From assembly GCA_001443445.1 (NCBI GenBank), contig LDXN01000001.1, forward strand, positions 49,290 to 113,289: a stretch of DNA of 64,000 nt, written 5' to 3'. Both the position numbers and the translations under genes were made by a program. The notes under the pieces are model-generated. The model had not been told where the DNA came from and searched no databases. It was given only the letters and a program-made list of their open reading frames with translations. Below, in pieces: positions 51,110 to 59,461 of the stretch; the first letter of the stretch is position 1, and each line of letters opens with the position of its first letter. Source of the DNA: Candidatus Dadabacteria bacterium CSP1-2 (GTDB taxonomy: Bacteria > Desulfobacterota_D > UBA1144 > Nemesobacterales > CSP1-2).

Positions 51110-51379
51110 CTAAATCTGCGTAATTAACTTATCGTAGTCAGCATGTGATCCAATCCAAAACCATATCATTACTTCGTCTTCTTGAACACCAATTGCCCGG
51201 TAGCCACGGCCTATACGGACAGAATAGATAGGTTTACTTGAATGAATTTGCTTAAAGCGAAGGCTCGGATGATATGGGTTCTTCTTCCATAACTCAAAGG
51301 CCACTTTTGCTTGGTGCTGGATATGATCTGGCAATTCCTTGAGTGCCTTACGAAAGCGATCAGTGGTATGCGAGATCAT
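51110..51379 (-). CDS. type II toxin, RelE/ParE superfamily
   Basis: 89 aa: 'FRKALKELP...AFELWKKNPYHPSLRFKQIH...YSVRIGRGYRAIGVQEDEVMIWFWIGSHADYDKL' fits the RelE/ParE-like fold pattern. 4-nt overlap with the upstream antitoxin. Confidence 0.7.
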   Translation of the reverse strand: MISHTTDRFRKALKELPDHIQHQAKVAFELWKKNPYHPSLRFKQIHSSKPIYSVRIGRGYRAIGVQEDEVMIWFWIGSHADYDKLITQI

Positions 51380-51594
51380 TGCTCATTTGAGCTAAGAGGC
51401 TTAGTTTCACCTTTTTGGAATTCGGAAATTGCTTCGTCTGCAAGTGCAGCAAGTTCATCTTGAGATTTGCTGAAAGCTTCAGCCCAACGATGTTCCGAAG
51501 CAAGTTCTTCTAAAATGATGGTGCCGATAGCATCCTGCTCACTTTCGGGCAGCTTAGAGACCTCTTCAAATGCTTTCTTTAGAAGCTTTGTCAT
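51376..51594 (-). CDS. type II antitoxin (putative addiction-module component partner of RelE/ParE toxin)
   Basis: 72 aa, acidic: 'MTKLLKKAFEEVSKLPESEQDAIGTIILEEL...RWAEAFSKSQDELAALADEAISEFQKGETKPL'. It lies upstream of, and overlaps, the toxin gene. Confidence 0.65.
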   Translation of the reverse strand: MTKLLKKAFEEVSKLPESEQDAIGTIILEELASEHRWAEAFSKSQDELAALADEAISEFQKGETKPLSSNEQ

Positions 51595-51969
51595 TGCAAA
51601 TAGTTTACCTCTCTGTAGAAAAAATATCTAATTATTTATATTAGCATGCTAGTTATTGTTACATCGTTGCAATAGTTGCAAAGGGAGATATAGAATAACT
51701 CCAAACTTATACGGCTTTGGGGTTGGGCCTTGGATTGCGAATTGTTGAGTTTAAAAAATGTATATCTTTGCATATTCAACCCGGGTAGCCTAGCTATAGA
51801 AATAGAAAAATAATTAAAAAACCATCTATTTCAAGCCTGACCCCATTTTTGCCTTTACTTCTTTATTATTTAATAATGATAGCAAGAATGGTATTGTGTT
51901 TTACTTTACACAAAAAATATAAGCTTAGTAAAAAATGCTTGCTCAAAAGTTGAGCCTTTCAAAAAGCAT

Positions 51970-53157
51970 TTATTCGGATTTAAGCCTCAATCCTTTCGGC
52001 ACAACTACACGTTCCAATAAATCAAACAGTCCTTGCACCAGAAGTGCTAGAACAGCGGCGGGGATAGCGCCTTCTAGAATTAGTCCGACATTATCAAGGC
52101 GGATTCCAGTCAGTATAGGTTGGCCGTAGCCGCCTGCGCCGATAAGCGCTCCAAGTGTTGCAGTACCCACATTAATTACCGCGGAGGTTTTAATACCGGC
52201 AAGGATTGAGCGTGAAGCCATGGGTAGTTCTACAAGTCTTAGACGTGCACCTGAGGGTAAACCCAATGCCTCTGCTGATTCACGAATTCCTACGGGAATA
52301 TCTTGAAGTCCTGTATAAGTATTCCTGACAATCGGAAGTAAGCTATAAAGAAATAGGGCTACAATAGCAGGTGCTGAGCCAATTCCAAGTAGTGGAATCA
52401 TAAACACAAGTATTGCCAACGATGGTATCGTTTGGATTATTCCAACAATTCCTAGGATTGCCTGTCCGATTTTTTCTTTCCTGTGTGACAAAATTCCTAG
52501 GGGAATCGAGATGAATATTGCAGCGGCTAGTGATATAGCAACCAGAAAAAGATGCTGCAAGGTGTTATGAACCAATCGGGTTAGAAAAGTTTCTTCTTTA
52601 GGCTCCGTGGTGATAGATAGATTTTTTTGGAGGAACTCTGAAGCAACAACACTCTCCGGTATTCCATCAAGCTTCACCTCAGCATTCATATCAATCATAG
52701 TTTTTTCTGGAATGCGTCCTTCCAATTTTAAGATGGTTTTTAGCACATCAGGGGCATGCTCCATAAGGTCTAAACGGTAAAGAAGGACTGCGTTGTATTC
52801 TGGGAAGTGATGTAAATCGTCATCTAATACCCGTAATTTATAGTAGCGGATCTCGGCATCGGTCGAATATAGATCGATGACGTCTATGCTTCCACTTTCG
52901 AGTCCTCGGTAGGCTAGGTCATGGTCTAATCCCCTTACGTTTGTCTGAGGGAGATTATAGGGTCTACGAAGGCTAGGCCAACCATCGCCACGATTCATGA
53001 ATTCGTTTGTAAATCCAAACCTAAGCTTAGGATGCTTGCGTAGGTCGGATATTTTAGTGATGCCATGTCTTTCTGCAACATCCTCCCTCATACCTATTGC
53101 GTAGGTGTTGTTAAATCTTAAAGGACGACTCATTTGAATGTTTTTCTCAGCTAACAC
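51970..53157 (-). CDS. betaine-type ABC transporter fused substrate-binding domain + permease (OpuAC-like SBD then TMD); 5' part frameshifted
   Basis: The N-terminal part is the C-terminal half of an OpuAC/ProX-like SBD, followed by a BPD permease domain ('SLLPIVRNTYTGLQDIP'). The SBD continues upstream in-frame to about 53390 ('RIKVGSKAFTESVILGEIVAQLAR...'). A signal anchor 'MVLFGTGLILALLFIANTTAG' starting near 53469 is in a different frame. Confidence 0.75.
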   Translation of the reverse strand: MLAEKNIQMSRPLRFNNTYAIGMREDVAERHGITKISDLRKHPKLRFGFTNEFMNRGDGWPSLRRPYNLPQTNVRGLDHDLAYRGLESGSIDVIDLYSTDAEIRYYKLRVLDDDLHHFPEYNAVLLYRLDLMEHAPDVLKTILKLEGRIPEKTMIDMNAEVKLDGIPESVVASEFLQKNLSITTEPKEETFLTRLVHNTLQHLFLVAISLAAAIFISIPLGILSHRKEKIGQAILGIVGIIQTIPSLAILVFMIPLLGIGSAPAIVALFLYSLLPIVRNTYTGLQDIPVGIRESAEALGLPSGARLRLVELPMASRSILAGIKTSAVINVGTATLGALIGAGGYGQPILTGIRLDNVGLILEGAIPAAVLALLVQGLFDLLERVVVPKGLRLKSE

Positions 53158-53482
53158 CTTTTTGAGTGTTTGTTCATCGCGTATATCTCTATCAGCTAAA
53201 ATTTCCTGAGTGATAGTGCCAGTATATTCAGGGTATATGTCAATTTCCCCTTTTAATAGCGCACTCCAGAGTACACGGGTTCCACCAAGCCCTTTAAGAT
53301 GTTTAACATTAGGCTCTTGGGTTCTAGCGAGTTGTGCTACTATTTCTCCAAGAATTACGGATTCGGTGAACGCCTTCGAGCCTACCTTTATTCGGTTACG
53401 GGCGGGCCTGCAGTAGTGTTAGCTATGAATAAAAGCGCTAATATTAGCCCCGTTCCGAAAAGTACCATGGATAAGGAACACG

Positions 53483-53508
53483 TAGGGGCATAGCATGCTA
53501 TGCCCCTA
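53483..53508. promoter_or_regulatory. 26-bp perfect palindrome GTAGGGGCATAGCATGCTATGCCCCTAC in opu ATPase-permease intercistronic region
   Basis: A perfect inverted repeat. Its core decamer TAGCATGCTA recurs at 51652-51661 in the TA-module promoter region. Confidence 0.5.
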
Positions 53509-53538
53509 CAATAAGAAATCAATCGACAAGTCATGCTA

Positions 53539-54297
53539 CTATTCTCCTAGAGATTCTAATGGGCTACGCTGTGCATTAATGAAACTTGTAACAAATGGAT
53601 CGGTAGGTGTGCGAACAAAATCCATTAGTGTTCCTTGCTGAACAATATGTCCATCTCTAATTAGAACAATTGAATCTCCAAAATAACCTGCCTCACCAAT
53701 ATCATGAGTAACCATTACTACGGTTTTGCCAAGTGTATGAAAAACTTCCTTTAGATCGTTCTGAAGCTCAAAACGAATTAGAGGGTCTAGTGCGCCAAGA
53801 GGTTCGTCAAGTAAAAGGGTGTCTGGGTCTAATATAAGTGCCCGCATTAAGCTAACGCGTTGTCTTTGCCCTCCGGAGATTTGGACTGGATAGCGATCAA
53901 GTGCATCAACGGGAAACTTTGTTAATTCACATAGTTCAACTATACGCTTCCCGATACGATCATTATCCCAACCAAGGTATTTAGCCATTAATGAAACATT
54001 TTCTTTTGCGGTGAGGTGTGGGAAAAGGCCACCATCTTGTATTACGTAGCCCATTCTTCGACGAATTGTAAACAAATTAATTGGTGTGAGCATTTCATCT
54101 TTCACATAGACGTTACCCTTGTCAGGTTTTATAAGTCCTATAATGAGGCGTATCAGCGTGGACTTACCGCAACCGCTAGGACCGATAACTACCGTCGTCT
54201 TATGAGGAAGGATTGTTAAATTAATTGAATCAAGCGCTCTTGTAGAGGCGTATGTTTTAGAGATGTTTTCTAGTTTTATCATGCTACGTAGCATCAA
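53539..54297 (-). CDS. betaine/choline-family ABC transporter ATP-binding protein (no CBS domains)
   Basis: 252 aa: Walker A 'GPSGCGKST', signature 'ISGGQRQRV', Walker B 'LLLDEP'. OpuAA/OpuCA-like, but short. Confidence 0.85.
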   Translation of the reverse strand: MMLRSMIKLENISKTYASTRALDSINLTILPHKTTVVIGPSGCGKSTLIRLIIGLIKPDKGNVYVKDEMLTPINLFTIRRRMGYVIQDGGLFPHLTAKENVSLMAKYLGWDNDRIGKRIVELCELTKFPVDALDRYPVQISGGQRQRVSLMRALILDPDTLLLDEPLGALDPLIRFELQNDLKEVFHTLGKTVVMVTHDIGEAGYFGDSIVLIRDGHIVQQGTLMDFVRTPTDPFVTSFINAQRSPLESLGE

Positions 54298-54377
54298 ATG
54301 TTTATCATGATTTGCAAAGGAAATAAAGTGACTTTAGTGGCTTTTGTCATAACGATTCTGTAATTAGACATGTATCC

Positions 54378-54429
54378 GGTCACGAGCAAGCCTGCCCTGA
54401 GTCAGTCGAAGGGACCCGTGACCTAGCCC
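54378..54429. repeat. MITE family B minimal core copy
   Basis: 'GGTCACGAGCAAGCCTGCCCTGAGTCAGTCGAAGGGACCCGTGACCTAGCCC'. A 7-bp stem GGTCACG/CGTGACC encloses the GTCCTGAG...TCGAAGGGA-type core. Confidence 0.65.
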
Positions 54430-54547
54430 AATATTGTACTGTGGTTGATCTTGCAAACTAATGTTAGATAGTACGCTAGTCTTGCTGGCTAGGTTATGTT
54501 ATGAATGCTGATGGTTTAAATTTTACAAGCCAAAACTCGGAACAGGA

Positions 54548-55063
54548 TTACCACTCCTCTGTTCCTGGTTCTCCCTTGAAGGGTCCCACAATGTCGCTAG
54601 TGATCCAGCCACCGTAATAAATTCCCGGTTGAGGTATCACTCTTTCATCATCAACATAGCATGCATCCATTTTTTGAGGGTAGAAAGCAATATGATCTTT
54701 GATCGATTCATATCCAGGGGTAGGGTCGGGATAAGTCCATGCGGCGTTAGCAGCTTTTTTGTCGCCAACTATTATAGTGTAATAGGAAGCAACACCCTTC
54801 CACTCACACACTGTCTTCTTCCTAGTTCTTATAAGGTTCTCAGTCTTAATATCTTTAGGAGGTATGTAATAAACAGGGGGACCGCTGGTTTCTAATACCC
54901 TTTTTGCGTTGCGCGTTTCTGCAATTACCACGTTGTTAAAGATCACCTTGATGAGCTTTGTCGTGTCCTCAATGCGGGGAGGTCGTGGGTAGTCCCAAAC
55001 AGATTCCTGACCCGGTTCTGGTTGAATACGTTTTGGTTCCATGATAATCTGCCATTTTGCCAC
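54548..55063 (-). CDS. DUF427 domain protein (copy 2), downstream of egtD
   Basis: 171 aa with 'KKTVCEWKGVASYYTIIVGDKKAANAAWTYPDPTPGY', the same signature as copy 1. Confidence 0.7.
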   Translation of the reverse strand: MAKWQIIMEPKRIQPEPGQESVWDYPRPPRIEDTTKLIKVIFNNVVIAETRNAKRVLETSGPPVYYIPPKDIKTENLIRTRKKTVCEWKGVASYYTIIVGDKKAANAAWTYPDPTPGYESIKDHIAFYPQKMDACYVDDERVIPQPGIYYGGWITSDIVGPFKGEPGTEEW

Positions 55064-55214
55064 AAAGACACTAAGACACGAAGGTTGAATCTTGAATAAA
55101 GTAGCCGGAATTCTGACTGCAGAATAAGGGTTATGAGTAGTGTCTTCTTGATTCTGAATATACTTTTATAACTCATATTATTCTTTGTGCCTTTGTGCCT
55201 TAGTGGCTGAATTC

Positions 55215-56195
55215 TTACCGGACTGAAAGATATTGCACGCTGAATTTTCCATCGTCATCAGTCCAAACATGTTTGACTTTAAAGACGTCAGAAACCAGTT
55301 GCTCAAAATCTTCAAGTGTGTACTTATAAGAATATTCGGTCAGGATTCTTTCACCCTTTTTGAAGAAGATTTCGTTGTTATTAATATGTACATACTGATT
55401 TCTTAAGCTTGTAAGATGCATCTCTATTCTTCCTTCGGAACTATTATAGAAAGCATAGTGTCTCCACTGAGCTAGATCAAAATCGGCATCCAGTTCATGA
55501 TTGAGCCGCCTAAGTATATTCAGGTTGAATTCGGCAGTAATCCCGTTCTTATCATTGTAGGCAGCCTCTAATACACTTCTTTCCTTTTTAAGATCTACAC
55601 CGATCAAAAGTCCGCCTGTCTTATCTGCTATTCTTGCAATTAGCTTAAGGAAAGTAGTTGCTTCTTTAGGGGTAAAATTTCCGATTGATGAGCCTGGATA
55701 ATATATAACCTTATGTGACCATGGGAGGTTTAAGTAAGGTAAATCCAATGGCTGAGTATAGTCTGCGCATACAGGCACAATCTTAAGTTGAGGATAATCT
55801 TTTGCAAGTGTAGTTACGGATTTCATTAAGTGCTCGGCGGAAATATCAACTGGTACATATCCAGCGGGTTCTTCAAGATGATCAAGTAATAACCGTATCT
55901 TTTTGCTGCTACCACTGCCGAGTTCTATTAAAAGACATTTTTTGCTTAGGCAAGCTGAGATTTCATCAATATATTTGTTCATAATAGTCATCTCGGTACG
56001 TGTGAGATAGTATTCTTCCAGTTCGCAAATCTGATCAAATAGCGCCGAGCCTCTTTCGTCATAAAAGAGCTTACAGGGGAGTTGCTTTTGCAGTTTTTGA
56101 AGACCTTCTGTCACCTCGGCTAGAAGATTTTCATCTTCGGGTTCAAATTTTTGTAGTGTTAGTAAATTGTTATTCATCGTTCGACTGAGGCTCAC
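55215..56195 (-). CDS. egtD: L-histidine N-alpha-methyltransferase (ergothioneine biosynthesis)
   Basis: 326 aa aligning along its length to mycobacterial EgtD: 'FYDERGSALFDQICELEEYY', 'LIELGSGSSKK', 'YYPGSSIGNFTP', 'ITAEFNLNILRRLNHELDADFDL', 'EGRIEMHL'. Confidence 0.9.
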   Translation of the reverse strand: MSLSRTMNNNLLTLQKFEPEDENLLAEVTEGLQKLQKQLPCKLFYDERGSALFDQICELEEYYLTRTEMTIMNKYIDEISACLSKKCLLIELGSGSSKKIRLLLDHLEEPAGYVPVDISAEHLMKSVTTLAKDYPQLKIVPVCADYTQPLDLPYLNLPWSHKVIYYPGSSIGNFTPKEATTFLKLIARIADKTGGLLIGVDLKKERSVLEAAYNDKNGITAEFNLNILRRLNHELDADFDLAQWRHYAFYNSSEGRIEMHLTSLRNQYVHINNNEIFFKKGERILTEYSYKYTLEDFEQLVSDVFKVKHVWTDDDGKFSVQYLSVR

Positions 56196-57507
56196 GAACG
56201 TCTTTAGCGAGCCTTATTCCCATGAATTGCCATCTTGCATTAGGTGGGAAAAAATTACGATATGTTTTTCTAATGTGAGACATTGATGTGGCGCAGGAGC
56301 CTCCGCGAAGTACCATTTGATTACTCATGAATTTTCCGTTGTACTCTCCTAATGCGCCCGGTAGGGTTTTAAATCCAGGATAGGGGATGTATGGACTCTG
56401 CGTCCATTCCCAAACATCTCCAAACATTTGCAAAAGTCCACTGCTTGAAGAATCTTGATTTAGAGCATGAGGATGAAAGTTGCCACTCTCTACAAAATTC
56501 CCTTCCATTGGTAGTTTAGATGTAGCAATTTCCCATTCAGATTCAGAAGGAAGTCTTGCACCTATCCAGCGGGCATAGGCATCTGCCTCGTAATAGCTAA
56601 CATGGGTGACGGGTTCGTCTAGATCAACTTCACGCATACCTGAAAGTGTAAAATACCACCAATGCCGATCTCTCTTTTCCCAATAAAGTGGAGCTTTCCA
56701 ATCATTTGCCTCAACGGCATACCACCCGTCGGATAACCAGAGCTCTGGTCTTTCGTAACCGCCATCTTCCATAAATGCAAGATACTCACGATTGGTCAAC
56801 AAGCGATATGCTAATTTAAAACTATTTAGATACACCTTATGACGAGGGGATTCATTATCGAAGGCAAAACCATTTCCGTCGTGCCCAATCCAATATACCC
56901 CTTCAGGGAATTGGACCCATCTCACTCCGGGTATTGTAAAAGGCCTAGGGCTATCGTGTTTAATATGAAGATAGACCGGATGGAGGGGATTAACTGAGAA
57001 CACATGTTTAATATCTGTAAGTATTAATTCTTGATGCTGCTGCTCATGATTGAGTCCGATTTCGATTACAGGTGCAATTTCCTCCATTTGTGCCAGATCA
57101 GCCTTTTCAAGAAATTCCAACATGTGCTGGTCTACATAATGTCTATAGGAATATACCTCTTCTACAGTTGGTCTTGATAAAAGCCCGCGTTCTGGGCGAG
57201 AGTGCCTTTTCCCAACCTGAACATAATAAGAGTTAAAAAGGTAGTTATACTGTGGATGTAGTGACCTATAGTGTTTATTTGCTTTATTAAGTATGAATGT
57301 TTCAAAGAACCAGCTTGTATGCGCAATGTGCCATTTTGTCGGACTAACATCAGGCATTGATTGAATGACGTAATCCTCTGTGGCAAGTGGTTTGCAAAGG
57401 GTCTCAGTGAATTCTCGAACGATTTGATATCGTTCGGCTAAAGAACTGTTAATAGAATTACTTTGATCTTTTTCTTCAACTTTTGTTATGTTTTTTTTCG
57501 TATTCAT
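56170..57507 (-). CDS. egtB: ergothioneine biosynthesis sulfoxide synthase EgtB (DinB_2 + FGE-sulfatase domains)
   Basis: 445 aa: DinB-like N-domain with 'HEQQHQELILTD' and a C-terminal FGE-like domain 'GDVWEWTQSPYIPYPGF...RGGSCATS'. Overlaps egtD by 26 nt. Confidence 0.9.
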   Translation of the reverse strand: MNTKKNITKVEEKDQSNSINSSLAERYQIVREFTETLCKPLATEDYVIQSMPDVSPTKWHIAHTSWFFETFILNKANKHYRSLHPQYNYLFNSYYVQVGKRHSRPERGLLSRPTVEEVYSYRHYVDQHMLEFLEKADLAQMEEIAPVIEIGLNHEQQHQELILTDIKHVFSVNPLHPVYLHIKHDSPRPFTIPGVRWVQFPEGVYWIGHDGNGFAFDNESPRHKVYLNSFKLAYRLLTNREYLAFMEDGGYERPELWLSDGWYAVEANDWKAPLYWEKRDRHWWYFTLSGMREVDLDEPVTHVSYYEADAYARWIGARLPSESEWEIATSKLPMEGNFVESGNFHPHALNQDSSSSGLLQMFGDVWEWTQSPYIPYPGFKTLPGALGEYNGKFMSNQMVLRGGSCATSMSHIRKTYRNFFPPNARWQFMGIRLAKDVREPQSNDE

Positions 57508-57651
57508 CTTCTTCTCACTTATTTTATATCAAATTTTCCTTGTAAATACAAGTGTACTTCTGTGCATTATCTTTACTTTAATTTCTAACTTCTTTAGGTA
57601 TTATTTATTGAAGTTTGAAAAATATATAGCTGCTATTATCAATCTATCCTT

Positions 57652-58563
57652 ATGAAAAATAATAGAATCCATGTTGTTCTTTTCATCATAACTTTGGGTA
57701 CAACTTTTTTAGCCGGGTTTCTTCAAGGTGGGAATGTCACAAGCGGAATTGCATTTTCAGCAGCCCTCATATTTATTCTAGGCGCGCATGAAATGGGGCA
57801 CTACGTTTACGGGAAAAGGTATGGTGTTGATATTACACCTCCATATTTCATCCCAGCACCGCCGGTTATTTCTCCTATAGGTACATTTGGCGCCTTTATA
57901 AAAATTAAGTCTCCCATAGCTACCAAAAGAGCCCTTTTCGACATAGGAATAGCAGGTCCTCTGGTAGGTATTTGTGCGGCAATTCCTGTAATTATAATAG
58001 GAATCAAGCTATCGAGTGTTGTTGATCCTTCGAGTCGCGAATTTGAGGGTGGGATGACCCTCGGTTCACCTTTAATTTTCTCTTTTCTTGCGGATAGTTT
58101 TTTTGGGAAGGTTCCGGATGGTAAAGACCTTCTTCTACACCCCGTTGCATTCGCAGGATGGATCGGACTCTTTGTCACTGCGCTTAACTTGATTCCAGCA
58201 GGACAGTTGGACGGCGGTCACATTATGTATGCCCTTTTTCCAAGAAAATGGCATCGTCGTGCATCTCTTTCTATGATTTTTCTCCTACTCATACTTGGTA
58301 TTGGCACTCAGCCGATTATACAACTATTACAATCGCTATGGAGAGGAATACCACTCGAATCATATAAAGATATATTTACCTTTGATGGATGGCTCGGATG
58401 GGTTATGTGGGCGATGCTACTTTCTATCATGGGGACAAGACACCCGCCTACTATGGATGATAATATTCCGCTTGATGGTAAGAGAAAGCTTTTGGGTGTA
58501 ATAGCGCTTCTTGTCTTTATCGGCTGCTTTACACCTGTGCCAATAGGTTTACCGAAATCGTAG
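57652..58563 (+). CDS. site-2 protease (M50) family membrane metalloprotease
   Basis: 303 aa, polytopic, with 'GAHEMGHYVYG' (HExxH) and 'NLIPAGQLDGGH' (LDG motif). Confidence 0.75.
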   Translation: MKNNRIHVVLFIITLGTTFLAGFLQGGNVTSGIAFSAALIFILGAHEMGHYVYGKRYGVDITPPYFIPAPPVISPIGTFGAFIKIKSPIATKRALFDIGIAGPLVGICAAIPVIIIGIKLSSVVDPSSREFEGGMTLGSPLIFSFLADSFFGKVPDGKDLLLHPVAFAGWIGLFVTALNLIPAGQLDGGHIMYALFPRKWHRRASLSMIFLLLILGIGTQPIIQLLQSLWRGIPLESYKDIFTFDGWLGWVMWAMLLSIMGTRHPPTMDDNIPLDGKRKLLGVIALLVFIGCFTPVPIGLPKS

Positions 58564-58617
58564 AAAAGAAGACTCGTTGTAACAGAAGTTCAGCGTTTCT
58601 CAAATCAGGGTTAACTT

Positions 58618-59352
58618 ATGAGTGATAAGGTTGGATTAATAACGGGCGGTGCTCGTGGTATTGGACGCGCAATTGCCCTTGCCTTGGCTAACCAAGGTTG
58701 GTCTATTGCTATTTGCTATCGAACCAGTGAAAATGAGTCTATAGAAACCATGAATGAAATAGAGCGAAAAGGATCCCGTGGCCTTCGAGTGCGGTGTGAC
58801 GTATCTGATCCCAAGGCGGCTCAGGCCTTTGTAAAGCAGGTCGAGAATGAGTGGGGACATATTGATGCCTTGATTAACTGTGCGGGGCCATACCACCGTG
58901 TTAATCTTCTCGATGAGACAATCGAAGGGTGGCACTCGATGTTTGACAATAATCTCCATCCAGTTTTTTACCTAAGCCGAGCTGTCGTTCCTGGTATGAA
59001 GGAGCGTAAATGGGGCAGGATCATAAATTTTAGTATGGCTAATGCAGATCAGCTTGTTGCTCAACCTGAAATTACAGCACACTATATAGCCAAGGCTGGA
59101 ATACTAATCTTAACGCGTTCACTTGCGCGTGTTCTTGCTCCATATGGAATAACAGTCAATTCTATATCTCCTGGTTTTATCCGTTCAGGGAGCGCGCCGG
59201 ATGAGGAGCTTGAAAAAATGGCAAAGAGGATCCCCGCTGGTTATGTAGGAAGTATTGAAGATGCTGTAGCAGTCGCATCCTTCCTTCTATCTGAAGAAGC
59301 GGGATATGTGAATGGTGCTAATATCCAACTTAGTGGTGCTTGGGGTATATAG
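58618..59352 (+). CDS. SDR-family oxidoreductase (FabG-like)
   Basis: 'GGARGIGRAIA', 'NCAG', and a 'YIAAKAG' catalytic Tyr/Lys motif. Confidence 0.8.
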   Translation: MSDKVGLITGGARGIGRAIALALANQGWSIAICYRTSENESIETMNEIERKGSRGLRVRCDVSDPKAAQAFVKQVENEWGHIDALINCAGPYHRVNLLDETIEGWHSMFDNNLHPVFYLSRAVVPGMKERKWGRIINFSMANADQLVAQPEITAHYIAKAGILILTRSLARVLAPYGITVNSISPGFIRSGSAPDEELEKMAKRIPAGYVGSIEDAVAVASFLLSEEAGYVNGANIQLSGAWGI

Positions 59353-59461
59353 TCGGAAGTTTAAAAATAACTTTTAAAAAGTATTTGAAAAATTTCTAGA
59401 TTAGGGTATAGGTATTTCACTGAGTATTTCTCATCAGCTTACGATAGGTATAAATGATGAC

